In this document: positions 12,726-26,220 of the stretch, one piece after another | How the letters are laid out: every line of letters begins with the position of its first letter | How positions within the stretch are numbered: position 1 is the first letter of the stretch | NCBI RefSeq assembly: GCF_009834535.1 | Contig: NC_045697.1 | Coordinates: forward strand, 29,514,001-29,578,000 | Length of the DNA: 64,000 nt | From: Camelus ferus | Taxonomy: Eukaryota | Direction of reading: 5' to 3' | The notes under the pieces: generated by a model | Told to the model about the DNA's origin: nothing | Database searches by the model: none | What the model saw: only the letters and a program-made list of their open reading frames with translations | Position numbers and translations under genes: made by a program

Positions 12726-15700
12726 AAGGAGGAAAAAACTAGATAAATAAACATATGAAAAGACAGAGTGCCACAGAACAAAATCTGAAAAGATATTCAT
12801 AAAATACGTAACAGTCCTTACCTGTGGGTAGCAGAGTTAGAGGAGACGTTAAATTGCAAGCTTATGCCCATCTATGTTTTCTAACCTAGGCTTCAATGAA
12901 CATGCAATGATTTATGCAGTCAATAAACTATTGAAATTTCAAACTATCTGCTTAAGTTAATTATTTTTAACAATAATTAAACAACTCATAGTTGGTAAGC
13001 TATGTTTTGTTGAGTTAACTAAGGTCTATTTCAGCGAGCTTCATCTTAGGAGATAAGCAGAACTTTTCAGGAGGCAACATAAAGGCCTGCAGGACCTACG
13101 TATACACCTGTCAGTCAGCAATGTCCATGGGGAAGAACCTATGACCAGGACAGGTCTTTTCAGGTTCGTATTGATTTCATTATCTTGTAAAATCCACTTT
13201 AGTTATATTAAACTTCACATTCAATATATTGACTAATCTACAAACTGTAATAAAGGAGAAGATAAAAATCACAGCAATTTCAGTCACTATTAAAGACAGA
13301 TTTACTCGATATTCTGAAACTATAGTAATATTTTTTCAATATGCAACAGTTTAACCACACAAAATCTCTTAAGTATTACAACAATAAAGAGATAATGCCC
13401 CAAGATAAATTAATTTGAGTTAGAGTGAAATTGGGTAAAATGATGAATATCAGTAATTTCTGGGAAGTTGAACAAAGGAGCACTTGTAGATGTATATCAG
13501 ACTGTGTGAGAAAAGCATCACTGGTAAGACTCAGAATCCTTCAGATCCAGTTTATATTTCACGGTAGTAAAACGTTACTTTGTCTTACACGAAATTAGCA
13601 TTGGGCTGGGATGAACTTGCTGATTCATATCATCCTGAGTACAGACTTTTCCTACTTGGATGATTTAGTAGGCTATCTCAGAGAAGAAATCAGTGATACA
13701 GGAGGGAGAAAAAAAGAAGTTTTGTAACAGATTCTAATTCTCCTTGAAAACCTTCAAGTTTCATGGATCACAATTTTCAAATCCCACCACTCGGACTATC
13801 AGAAAGCCAAGAACTTTAATTTGAGACCACTGTTTTCAAGTTACTCCATCAATTCAAAATTGCCCATTTCTTCTCTTTATGATCCCCTCACCAGCCTAAC
13901 AAAACAGTAGGCTAAAAATTAAGTTCCAGAGCATTGCAGAAGCAAGCTTTAACCAATGAAACACTGTAGGTAATAAGAAATTACTTATAACCTCTCACTG
14001 TGAGAGCGGAACCCACTCTCAGCTGATCTGCTACCAGCATCCTTTAGGTTTTTGAGCTACATTTCTCAGTAATTTCCTATCCTCCTTCACATGCCTCTAA
14101 ATTCTTCTCATTCCAAGCAAAGCAAACAGTTTTGTGTGCCAATAAGAGTTTAGTGAATTAGCCCAAGCAGAATCAGATTTTGTATGGAAGAATGAAATCA
14201 CCTCTTCCATGCATCTTTGCCTGCACATCACATTGTTGAAGCTTCACATGCAAAGAGCATCAATGCCTCCTTGTCTGGATGGGCTGGGAACAAGGCAGCT
14301 AGGAAAGGTGCATTCACCACTGCGCTGCTTCCAGCTTGAAAGACACTCATGCATTATCTGACTTACTCCCTTCAAGACACGAGAGCAAGAAACAGGGCAT
14401 TTGGACCATGAATCTACTGTATTACTCCATCACCCGTGATTGATACTAAGTAGCCACTTAAAGAGCAAAAGTTCTCATATACACACCCCTCTTACAAGCA
14501 TAAAAGGAAGATCTTCACTGCAAATTGTCTGCATAAACATGGAGGGGGAAAAAAGGGAGGATACGACAAAAAATTATAAAGACAAATTTAGAACACACAA
14601 TTCTTCCCAAGGTTCTTAACCTTCAATACTTCACAGGAGCAAGCCAGGAATGTATAAACTGATTTCTGTGAAAAGCTATTAAAGAGAGTGCTGTTCTCAT
14701 CAGCAAGTCCCTCCCCCTTTTAACCATAATCAATAATTTAAAGCAAAGCCAAAAATCACATCAGCCAAAGTGACCAAGAAAACTTTTTTTGCACAGTGTA
14801 GGAGTAAAATTAAATGAGTGTTAAGAGACTACTACTGAGAGAATTATTAGGTGAAAATTTTAACTCTTTTCCACAGCTTCCCAATACACTGACTTGAAAA
14901 GCTTAATGTTAAACAATAATATGTCAAGTATATGTGTCAGAAGAATAAAAAAAATTATCCTTTTCATTACACAAACATTTGATTTGCTGTCAAAGTTTAA
15001 AAGGCCGATTTGGAATTTGACAGGCATAAAACATACTTCAGAACTTGGCAACATAATTGTAAAAAGTTGTTTTCTCCTTCAGTTCAGCAAATTTCTTAAT
15101 CTAAAGTTATAAAATAGTCAGCAGGAAGCTCCAATGGCTTGATTACAAATTACACTGAACCAGCTATTTATTTTAATGTTCTTTGTTCTCTTTAGGTAAT
15201 GATTTGTACCCTAAGGGAGAAGAAGGTCTATTTAATATTTCATAAGACTTTTTTTTTTTAGATTTGACATCCCAATCCAATGACTCATTCTTGGAAATAT
15301 ATTTAAAATTAGATAGCCATCATGTCTCAAAATGAAAGGTTGAACCTCATCCCTGTGTGTACAATTGATAACTAGGGCATGAAATCTTCCATGGTGTTTC
15401 TGGCTGGGGATAACAAAATGGAGAAAGCTGAAGAACTCTGGCATGTAGGTATATATCCCCATGTTCGTGACTGCCCCTAGAACTCCTTACCAACAATGAT
15501 TCTGTGAGCATCTCTCCAAGAACCTAGTGGATTTATCCTAAGCATGTGGTTACTGACCATCCCTCTAGGATGAAACAGAAGGGAATTAGAGTGCATAAAA
15601 TCTAAAGTACCTTCAAATTCCAAGATTCTGCGGCCTTCCTTCACATTAAAATGAGATTTTACATCCAAATACTAGCATTCATCAGAAAAAGTCAATCTCA

Positions 15701-17217
15701 CTAAACCACAGTTTCCATGTCTGAAAAATGGAAATAATCATATCCAGGAATATTTTGTGAACTGAATGAGATAATGGATGCGAACAGATTGTTCATACAG
15801 TGGGCGAGAAACAAATGGTCACCATGACTAAGTGAATGTGCCCCAAGGATGATTCAAAGCCAATTTTGACAAGAATTTCAAAGCCGTATTATAGCTGCAC
15901 ACACAATCCCAAGAGCTGCAGAACCAGACTTGACCCAAGTGTGTCATTCCCATTGCACTTGTGCTGAAAGCCCTTATTTTGATACCCACTCTACTTAAAT
16001 GCAAATGATTAAAGCTTAATGCCTCCCAACAACCCACCCTTTTGTTTACAAATGCCAGGCCAGGGTACACACACAATATTACTGCAGTGAATGCCAAATA
16101 AATAAATAAAGTTTTCTTCTGCTGTCCTAAATCTTCCTGGATTTTTCAGTGTTTATACAGTGGGTGAGAAACAAGTGGTTTTTCGGTGGAATGCAGAAAA
16201 GAGAGGAGGTTGATAATGCAGCCTCCTCCTCTATTTCAGTTACTGATGCATGGGATTGACAGGCAGGTGATCATTATTACCTGCTTGGACTCTCAAAGGA
16301 GGCAGCTATCCCACGATGCCTTGCCCCTTCCTACACTTTTCAGGGCTCTGAGGCAGAAAAAAGGCCACACTCAGCCCAAACAAGATGCTTTCTCCCTTCG
16401 CCTACTCATGGATGCACACAAGAACGGACATGAAAAATGCCTTCCAGAAGTGGACATTTCTCTGCAGAAAGGGTTCATTTCCTGGAAGCAAAACCAACTC
16501 TCTGCATCTAAAATCTATGCTTCCAAAAATTATGGCTTTTCCTTCATTGCTTAGCTTTCATAAAAACAATGTGCAGATGAGCTTAGTGGAAATCAATAAA
16601 ATGCAAGAGTTTTTAATTTCCCTTGAGTCGACTAGAAAGTACATTTTTTTCCCAAAGCCATTCCAAGTATGTCAGTTTTTCAAACTAGCTACATATTTAC
16701 TTTGTTTGCTAATGTGCTTGTTTGTTTATTTATCCTCTAATTACTCTAATAAAAAATTCAGAGTGACTTACAGATGTGCATGCATCACACAGACATTATA
16801 AAACCTCCCCCTGCATCCTGGTCTCTGCTACACTGCACTTCAGAGTGATTGCTGTGTCACGAGAGCCTCAGCTAAAGGGGGGTGTGTTTGCTCCAGGGGA
16901 TGCTGTCACAGACGCCGCATTCACGAATTAGATATCATGCAGCCAGACTTTCTAATCCAATGGCAACAAAGATAACAATCATGGGCTTTTCAGGAAGAGC
17001 AAATCCAGGCCTCAAAGAGATCTTCAGTGGATTGTCTGTTCAAGTGGGAAAGAAAAGAAGAAAATGAAAGAACATATATAAAATGCTAAAACTATGTCAG
17101 TCATCAAAGAAGAGGTTCAAAAGATGAACCTGAGAATCTTATTAGGGCTCCAGAAACAGAATCCTTTCCCCTTACTGTTCCCTGTTCACACATCTGGCTT
17201 TCAGTCACATTTTCAGG

Positions 17218-17271
17218 AAGGAGGGGAGGGGAGGAGGGGAGGGGAGGGTGGGAGGGGAGGGGAGGGGAAGG
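17218..17271. repeat. (GGGGA)n purine tract
   Basis: gaggggaggggaggaggggaggggagggtgggaggggaggggaggggaagg. Confidence 0.9.
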
Positions 17272-17574
17272 CACTCTGAAGAGACAAACCTTGGTGTGAC
17301 TCCTGATCTTACTGGTTGCTTAGCTATGTAACTATAGTCATGATTCTTACAGTTTTCTGAGCCCCAGAGGGAGGAAAAGAGGAAGGGAAGGAGGAAGGGA
17401 GGGAGGGGTGGCATCTCCCCTGCAGGACTGTGGTGAAGGTTAAATTCCCTCAGGCTTGGATAGAGACTAACACACAGTAGGCATTCACAAAAGGGTGGCA
17501 ATTATCACTCCCATAACGTGAGTATTGTCAATGGCGTTTTGTAAATGAAAAGAGTGAATTTCTGAAAGGTTAAT

Positions 17575-17770
17575 CAGTGATTCTCAACACTGGCTGCACA
17601 GTGGGATGATCTGGAGAGCTTTAAAAAATACTGATACCAGAGCTTTAAATAAATACTGTCCCCATCACATACCAGTCAAATCAGAGTCGTGGTGGGAACA
17701 CCCCGGCAGAGATAATTTGGTAAAGCTCTCTAAGAGATTTTAACGTACAGTCAGAGTGAGAATCACAGGG
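17575..17770. mobile_element. hAT-Charlie MITE, MER5-like, with a short internal duplication
   Basis: cagtgattctcaac...tgagaatcacag termini; agagctttaaa(a/t)aaatactg occurs twice. Confidence 0.65.
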
Positions 17771-17877
17771 TTGAATCCTTACCCAGGAAAACCCCACACA
17801 TTTTTCTTTACCCATCATATGCTTATATACTATAGGTCTTTGGCCCACGTGCTACACCAATAGCGGGGGTGGTACAA

Positions 17878-18327
17878 TGTGGAAGCAACCCAAGTGCCCA
17901 TTAATAGATGAATGGGTAAGCAAAATGTGGCATACATATACGATGGAACATTATTCAGCCTTCAAAAGGAAGGCCGTTCTGACACTTGCTACACATGATT
18001 CAACCTTGAGGACATTATGCTAAGTAAAATAAGCTAGCCACAAAAAGACAAACCCTGTATGTTTCCAGTTATATGAGGTACCCAGAGAAGTCAAAATCAT
18101 AGAAACAGAAAGTAGAACAGTGGTTGTGAGGGGCTGGGGGGAGGGGAGATAGGAGAGTTACTACTTAATGGATATAGTTTCAGTTTTGCAAGATGAAAAG
18201 AGTTCTATGGATGGGAGGTAGTGACAGTCGCATAACAATATGAATGTACTTAATATAAGTGAACAGTATGCTTAAAAATCGTTACGATGGCAAATTTTGT
18301 GTTATGTGTATTTGATCACAGTTTTAA
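17878..18327 (+). mobile_element. Old L1 3' end (L1MA/L1MB-like)
   Basis: ggaagcaacccaagtgcccattaatagatgaatgg...tttcagttttgcaagatgaaaagagttct...aattttgtgttatgtgtattt. Confidence 0.85.
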
Positions 18328-18814
18328 TGGGAGTAGTGCAAGATAGCCCACTGGGATTATGAAGAAAGGATATCTTCTATTTATACTTGTTATCTTATCT
18401 ACCTATTACACAGGTGTGTTGCAAATGCCTGGGATTTATAAACACATATATGTATGATCAGGATGGACAACGAAAAAAGTCTTCAAAATACTAGATATCC
18501 TAGAAAGAAATGTGGATCCTAAAGCCATCTTAGAAGGCAAGCCTGAAACACGTCATCATTATACAGAGAAAGTTTACAGACTGGGACGGGGGAGGGCAAG
18601 CAAGGGAGGAGGAGCTTGCAGAACAAAGGCAACTCGACCAATTTAACACATTCATTTGGCAAAGCAAGCACTAGGATTCAGATCCATAAAGTATACATTT
18701 TAGTGCAAGTTCCATTCTGCTGGCTCTAAAATAATAATGTTAACACCAAATTAAAGGAATCACCAACAAGCATCACTAAGTTTTTTAGGAAACCAAATAC
18801 GTGAAAACAGGGAA

Positions 18815-19090
18815 AGACTACTGACTCCTTCCATGTGCCAGGAATCTACTTGACACACATACTTATATACATACTTTGCACATATGATCGCACAGACACT
18901 TTCCACATATTATTAGCTCATTCAGCCATCACAGGAATTTTATGAGTAGATGATATGACTCAATTTTAAAGAGAAGAAACTGAGGCTTAAAGACACTTAG
19001 TGACTTGCCCAGGGACACAGTGCAATGAAGCAGATCTGGGATTTGAAGCCTAGATGGATATATCTGACTCCAAATACCACTCTTTTTCCA
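18815..19090. mobile_element. MIR SINE
   Basis: agaagaaactgaggcttaaagacacttagtgacttgcccagggacacag...ctgggatttgaagcctag. Confidence 0.7.
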
Positions 19091-21992
19091 GGATGCCTAG
19101 AATGCGGTGAGAGTAAGAAATACATTTTTTCATCATGATCCAGTAAATACACATGTATTTATCCAACTGTAAAAACTCTTTTATAAAATAACACTTAAGC
19201 TAAAACTGACAGATGATGGCTAGTTTGTTGCCCGGCATCACGGGAACATTGCCGCTGTATCAGGTATCTAACTCGAGAAAAAGCGTTCTTCTTACAAAAG
19301 TGCCAGGAACAAGTGGTGATACTCATCCAAAGTTGATCATCTCTCATGAAAGCACTTGTGCCATAACCACATTTTATATCAAAAAAAAAAACCAAAACAA
19401 AAAACCCCAACTCAGCAAACTGCTCAGCATTTCATCAGCCTCCCATTCCAAACCCTCCAGACTTCCAGAAGGCTCTTGACAGAACTATGACACACTCTTG
19501 AGGGAAATGTTTTACCTCAATGGAACCCAGACCAAATATGCCATCATACAGGAAACGCATGGTGGGTCCAGGTGCATTCATGTGGGCAAAGTAATACAGG
19601 TGAAACAGTGATTCATTTCATCCCAAACTACATCCATCATTTAAAAACTACGTTTCGCCACATTACTCTAAACTGTATATGGCATTCTTCTCTTCCACTT
19701 CTGCCAAGGAAAGCAAAGGCTGAGATTCAGCTCATAAAGATTTTAAAAGGATTTATATGCTCTTATAGAGGCAAGTGGAGGAAAAGAGAAAAAAGCAGGC
19801 AGACTTCTGAGTAGTGAGTGGTGGGTGGAAGATTTAGTCTGCTGACTACACAGATTTTTGGTCATTTTAAATTAGGTTTTGATTTTTAAATTTCTTATTT
19901 TGCTTCCCGGTATTGACAAAAAGTCCCCTGGAGAATGTCATGCAGTTTAAAACGTTCATATCCCTTTTGACATTAACTTGTTCTTTTCTTAAGAGTAAGA
20001 ATATAACCTTTAAAACACTCCAGTTGAAATTATGGTGAGCCAGAATAACTTACACTAAATGATCCTGTTTATTTTTTTAAAAACACATGCAAAAGAACAC
20101 AGAAAAAAATACACATAGAGTTCTAACTATAGCCATTTTTTCCTGCTTCTTGGTTTCTGAGTTTGGAGCAAGAGGATTTTGTTTGTTCGTTTTTGGCAAA
20201 CAAGCACAGAAAAGCAGCAAAAAGTGCAGACAAGCGCTAGACTTTTTAACCCCATGTGCCAAAACAGACAACGCTTTTTAACTTACAGCTTTGAAAATTC
20301 TCCTTCCCTAACTTACCTCACCCCCTGGTTTTCTAGGTTTCTTTTAGAATCCGCAGAAAAATAGAGGATATTTTAGCTGAGGATTTTACTCATCTGACTC
20401 TTTCCTGAGGTGGGCTGAGGTTTCTCCTTAAGAATCTTTTATGAGAATGTTCAGGACAGTCTGAACTATTAAGTTATAAATCCTACCAGTGACAAGAGCT
20501 TTACAACCAGGAGAACACTTGCTTTCTCCTGTCTCTCTGCCTACCTTGGTCTTTCTCTCTCTCACACACACATACCATAAATTCATATTGAGAATAATGG
20601 AGTGAAAACTGTCAACTAAGGCAAAAGAGTCTAAAAATAAAGCATCTTTGCTAACACTGTCTGCAGCCAACACTCAGAACAACTTTTTGAGAATGAAAAC
20701 TATGGTAAGTCATTTGACTGGTTAGCAACACAGCTTTTCAGTTCGTTTTAGCAGCTACAGACTCTGCTTCTGACACAATTAAACATTTCAGATATCTCCT
20801 GGACAGTATTCTTGGATGCCTTATAAATATGTAGTGAGGAAAAGAGCAGACAGATACTTGGAAGCTTGGTCAACAGCTGAGGAGAAACACTGGGAATCTC
20901 TGCAAATAAGCCTGGCACGTGGCTAGGAGCGTCAAGAGCACCTAGACTCCCTGATGCCCAGACTCGGAGGACACACCACCCTCAGGACCCACCCAGCCTC
21001 CCTGCCTTCCAATTAAGGCTGATCCCCGTGGGCAGTGACCTACAAACCGAACTCTGTAGGGCCTGATGGAAAGCAGGCCAGCCTTCCATTTGCAAGGACT
21101 CCACCCTTGTCTGCACATTTCAGTCTACTCCACTGCTTATCTGAAAGCATTCTGGTTGTGTACACAACCCTAGTACCTCTTGCCCGGCACATCCAGCACT
21201 ATGCTAAGTGTTCATTTGATCCTCACAACCACCCATGAGGCAGGTACTACTATTAACCCCATCTTAGAGAGGGGGAAATGTGTGATGTGACTCAGCCACG
21301 ATCATTCACTAAGTAAAGACAGAGCTGGGATTTCAAATACTCAGTCGTTATGTCCCATCAAAGCTTATGCCGCAGATCCCATTTTAGGGTCAAGAACCAG
21401 AGAAAAGGCTTCCAGGGGTTTGATTTCTGGAGTCTACAGCAATTAAGAAGGCTTCCTGCTTCGACCAAAAATAAAACAAAGCATTGTTTTTCAAAATGGA
21501 GTGTGTTTTTACACATGTTTTTCATTAGAATTATAACTCTTGTTAAATTTTGCCCAGATTGTATTGACTCTCAAAGGAACACGGCACTTTAACACAAGGG
21601 CAAGCCCGGACCAGAGCAGACCTGTGTCAGGACGGGGGCTGCGCTTCTCAAGCCCCGTGGGCAGAGGAATCCCCTGAAGAGCATGCAGGTTCCTGAGACC
21701 CACCTACCAGGTCTGATTCTGTAAGGCGCAGGCAGGGCCCAGGCACCTACGCTGTAAGACCTGCCTAGGAGGTTTTGATGCAGGTAGACCAGAGGCCAAA
21801 CCTGAAGGAAACAGTGACTTAACAGACTGCGATAAGATTGCCTCCAAGACTTGAAAATGAAGGAAATGAGACTATTCTTGGAGTTACGGTACAACAGTTG
21901 ACTCAGCTGATGGTTCAAAGCCAAGAAACGGGATGAGAATGAGATAGGAAGGCTCCCAAACATACTATAAGAGTGATACTGTGACTTGCAGA

Positions 21993-22610
21993 TTGAGCTA
22001 ATCACCAGCGGCCAATGATTTAATCAACCAGCCCTCCCCCCACCAGGGGGTGGGTAAGAGAACCTCCATAAAGAGCCTCAACGAAGAGGGTTGGAGAGTT
22101 TGCAGGTTGGTGAACATATCCGCATGCTTGGGGGGTGGTGTGCCCCAACCCCACAGGGACAGAAACTCCTATACCTGGGACCCTTTTGAACCTCACAGTA
22201 TGTATCTCTTTACTTGGCTGTTCATCTGTATCCTTTATAATATCCTTTATAATAAACTGGTAAACGTAAGTTTCCCTGAATTCGGAGAGCCACTATAGTC
22301 AATTATCAAACCTGAAGAGAGTGTCATGCGAACTCCCAGTCTGAGAGGGTCATGGGAACTCCCAATCTGTAGCAAGTAGGACAGAATGGTGGTAACCTGG
22401 GGACCCATTACTGGTGATTAGCATCTGAAGTGGGAGGTAGCCTTATGGGACTAAGCCCTTACCCTGCAGGGTCTGTGCTAATGCTGGGTAGTCAAGTGTC
22501 AGAACTGAATTAAACTGTAGGATGCCCAGTTGGTATCTGCAGAGAATTTGAGAATTGCTTGGTATGGAAAATCTACACATTTGGTGTCAGAAGTGTTCTG
22601 TGTAGGTTAA
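21993..22610 (+). mobile_element. ERV LTR, MER21-like (partial)
   Basis: ctaatcaccagcggccaatgatttaatcaacc, tatcctttataataaactggtaaacgtaagt, gtgtcagaactgaattaaactgtagg, cacatttggtgtcagaagtg. Confidence 0.8.
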
Positions 22611-24169
22611 ACAAAACAAAACAAAACAGATCATAGTGGTTGGAATAACTTATCTCGAACTCAGTAGAAAATATTACTACATCTTAAGAAAGATTGTGTC
22701 AGTCAGAAACCCAGGCAGCCTAGAAAAAGTAGATCATAAGCTCAAATTCCAAAGAAGAGAGAACCTTAGCCAATTCAAGGATTCTAGGTCCCTGGCAGCA
22801 TCATCCCAGACACATCAGGCTCTTCTGGTTTGATACCATTTAAACTTGAGATTCATCAGATTCCCTGATGGCGAAGACCATGTTTGCCAAGCAACCTCCA
22901 GCTTATGCCTAGGTTTCCATATGGTTGTCTAGAGAGGAAGAATACCCAGTCATGTAGTTTAGGGCAAATCAGGTCATACGATAATTATTTCTAATTGGGA
23001 AATAATACACTTGCACTGAAAGTGCACACTGATTGTGTAACGTCAAGAAATTCAGTGCCCAAAAGAATGATCATTCTCAGCAGCAATTAATAAACTGACA
23101 TTTTTGCTGTAGTGCTTCAATCTCATGAACTTGATGAATGAGTCCATCCCTAAGAGACAGATGTGCTGTTAGAGCCTGGTTTTAGAGCCTGTCAGCTAGA
23201 GCCTTGGCCAAGGTCACAAACGTCACTTGGTAAATTTGCTCGGTGTCTTTCCTGGCAGAGACCTTCGATGTCAACTTGTGAGGAGAAAGTGTGCCAGCCT
23301 TTCTACACGTGGCCCCTTCACTTTACTGTAGAGAAGGAAAAAGAAGAGAAATGGAACGTGTCATCTCTGCGTTCAATAGCTCAATCACTGTCTAGCATTA
23401 TTGTAGAAGTAAGGCTAAATCAAGTTCAATATTTAAAATGGGAAAAAAGAGCAGACTGGTTCAAACCACTGCAACTATTCCAGTGTGTTTTCTGGAGGCA
23501 GCCCCCTCATACTACCTGCTTAAGTGCCCACTCCATCCTTATCCCATCACATGTTACAACAACACACCGAAAGAACATATAAAAGTCTCAGACATAGTGG
23601 AAGAACTGTGTCCAAGCAGAGCCACAACTCTAACTTCAGGGCATTACTCCCGGCTCTTCCCACAGTGTCACAAACTCATACATCTAAAATCAGAAACATC
23701 CTTCTCCAAAAACTAATTCCTTCTCCCAATCTCACTGTCTCTGAAAACCATCATTTTCGTAGTCTTCAGACTGAAAATCTGACATTTTTGATTCTACCCT
23801 CTCCCTCACCACCTATATCCAATCAATCACTAAATCCCAGAGATTCCTTTCTTCCATCTCTGCTCTATTTTTAAAGCTACTAGTCTCCAGTCCTCATGAT
23901 CTCAAGTGAATTACTGTGAAACTCTCCTGCCAACATATTCTAGGCACCAATGTCAGATATACCCTTTTCAAACTCCACCTTGCAAACAGCACTCCTTTTC
24001 TCATAATCATCAATCATTTCTCACTAACAAAAGCAAGTTCACAATTAAGCATTAGCATCTTCCAGTCTGGCCTCCACCTATCTGACCTCGCTCACAATTA
24101 TTCTTCATAGACTCTCCTCTCCAACAAAACTGCTGGAAGCATTAACTCACACGGAGCACAAAAGTTCCC

Positions 24170-25657
24170 AGAAAGGATTTCAGGAGGTCTCTGAGGTCGA
24201 AATTATTTTCATAATACTGAGATGATATTTACAGCTTTTTTCACCATGTTGACATTTAACTGATAGGCGCAAAATATGGATAAAATTGCTGGTATCTCAG
24301 CACGAAGCAAGACAATGGCACAAACCATACCAGTAATCATTGTATTACTCAATATTACATATTCCTACTAAAAGCAACAGCAGTTTTGCATAAGAACGTC
24401 CTTGTTGAAGCAGTAAAAATTATTTTATTAAATCTCAGCCCTTGTATATGCCTTTTTCATGTAAGTATGCAGAAAGCATTTCTGCTGCAGACAGAAGTCT
24501 GCTGTTTCCAGGAAAAGCACATGGCACGCTTTTTACTTGACAGAATGACAGACCAACTATGGTTACTCACATTTGGGTATCAGGTAGACATTTTCTCAAA
24601 AACGAATGAGGTGAGCCTGTCACTTCAAGGAAAACAACTGATAGTATTTGTTGCCAATGATAAAATGTGAGCTTTGAAGCAAAAATTAGAATTTTGGAAA
24701 ACTTGTATTCACTACTGAGAGCTTGATAGCTTCCTAATAATTAATGACTCTTCTGTGCAATGGGTGGTGAGATTAACAAATGTAATGTTTTCATATTGTA
24801 TAATGAAATATGTCAACATTTGGAAGATCTTCATAACTCATTGAACCAACATTTTCCAAATCACGACTGCATGATGTTACAAAATTATATACGACAGACC
24901 AATAGATTTTAATATAACAGAGTGCAAAAAAAGTTTACTACTGTGGTTTCAGATTCTACATTGTAACTAACCTTTAAGGAACTACCAATTATCAAGTTTT
25001 GGTATAACATCAAAAAAAAAACCTCCACAATTGCCTGAAAAGGCTATTTCCACCTATATATGTGTAAGAGGCTGGCAGGATTTTCCTCATCTACTTCAAC
25101 CAAAACAATTTACTGATATACACTGAAGGTAGAAGCTGACGAGAGAATCCAGATGCCTTTAATTAAGCCATACATTAGATTTTCAGATAAACAAAATATC
25201 ATGTTTCTCATAAACTGTTACTGGCTTTGGGGGAAAAAAAGGGCTGTGTTTCATAAAACATCCTATTTTGTTAACATTAATGGGTTTCTTATTTTTTTGT
25301 TTGCATTTTATAACATGACTTATCAATCTTTTTGATGATTAATACTGCATAATAAAATGCATTCTGTAGTTTATATATGCCTTTCTTTAGGGATAATCCC
25401 ATTTGATTTTTTTTTATTATGTAGTTGTTTTTTTTTTAATTGTAGTATAGTCAGTTTACAATGTTGTATCAATTTCTGGTATACAGCATACTGTTCAGTT
25501 TCTTATTTTTTTTAGTGAGTGACTTTACAGATCTGTTTTAATTTTTAATACAATACATACTGATACATACCATCCATACAAACCACAAAGCTCTGGGGTT
25601 CTCAATAGTTTCTGAAGTGTAAAGAGGTCCCCCAGATCAAGAAGTTTGAGAACAGTG
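24170..25657. mobile_element. hAT Charlie1-family DNA transposon remnant (Charlie1a-like)
   Basis: gcctgtcacttcaaggaaaacaactgatagtatttgttgccaatgataaaatgtgagctttgaagcaaaaattagaattttggaaaacttgta; terminal aagtttgagaacagtg. Confidence 0.8.
25299..25497 (-). mobile_element. Very short L1 3' end plus extra unique sequence, bounded by a 15-bp TSD
   Basis: TSD gtttcttattttttt at 25284-25298 and 25498-25512; L1 end aattgtagtatagtcagtttacaatgttgtatcaatttctggtatacagcata at ~25438-25497. Confidence 0.8.
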
Positions 25658-26004
25658 CCTGAGAGCCAGCACTTCTTTTGATTTCTTCTTTTTACTGTGT
25701 GCCCATTACTTCTTTACTTCTCCAAACTCTATTTGTCTTTCAAGTCTGTCCTCTTCCTGCATCACAAGGGCCCTCCAGGTCAAGAAATACCTTATCTGGA
25801 ATTTTATGACCCTTATCTGTTCTACATATTTAGCAAAAATCTACCCAGTATCAACTACTTAGGTTCTGAGGTAAATGTATTCATTCCACATCATTTTTCT
25901 AACACAAGCGTATCCTGGGCACTGTTTATTCTGTGTATATATCTCAGGATATAGCAGTGAATAAAACAGACTAGACCGCTTCCTCCTGCAGCTTCCAGTC
26001 CAGC

Positions 26005-26220
26005 GTGCCCGCCCAAAGTGTGGCCAAGCACCAGAGCTACGTATCAACATCACCTGAGAGCCTGCTAAAAATGCAGAATCTCCACAACTAAAAAAAAAAA
26101 AATTGTTTTTTAAATTTTCAATGCAGAATCTCAGGCCCCAGCCCAGACCTACTGAATCAGAATCTGCATTTCAACAAGATCTCCAGGAGATTTTCCTGTA
26201 CAGTAACATTTGAGAAGCAG
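26005..26220. mobile_element. MER5A-like MITE
   Basis: aatgcagaatctcaggccccagcccagacctactgaatcagaatctgcatttcaacaagatctccagg...tttgagaagca. Confidence 0.8.
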
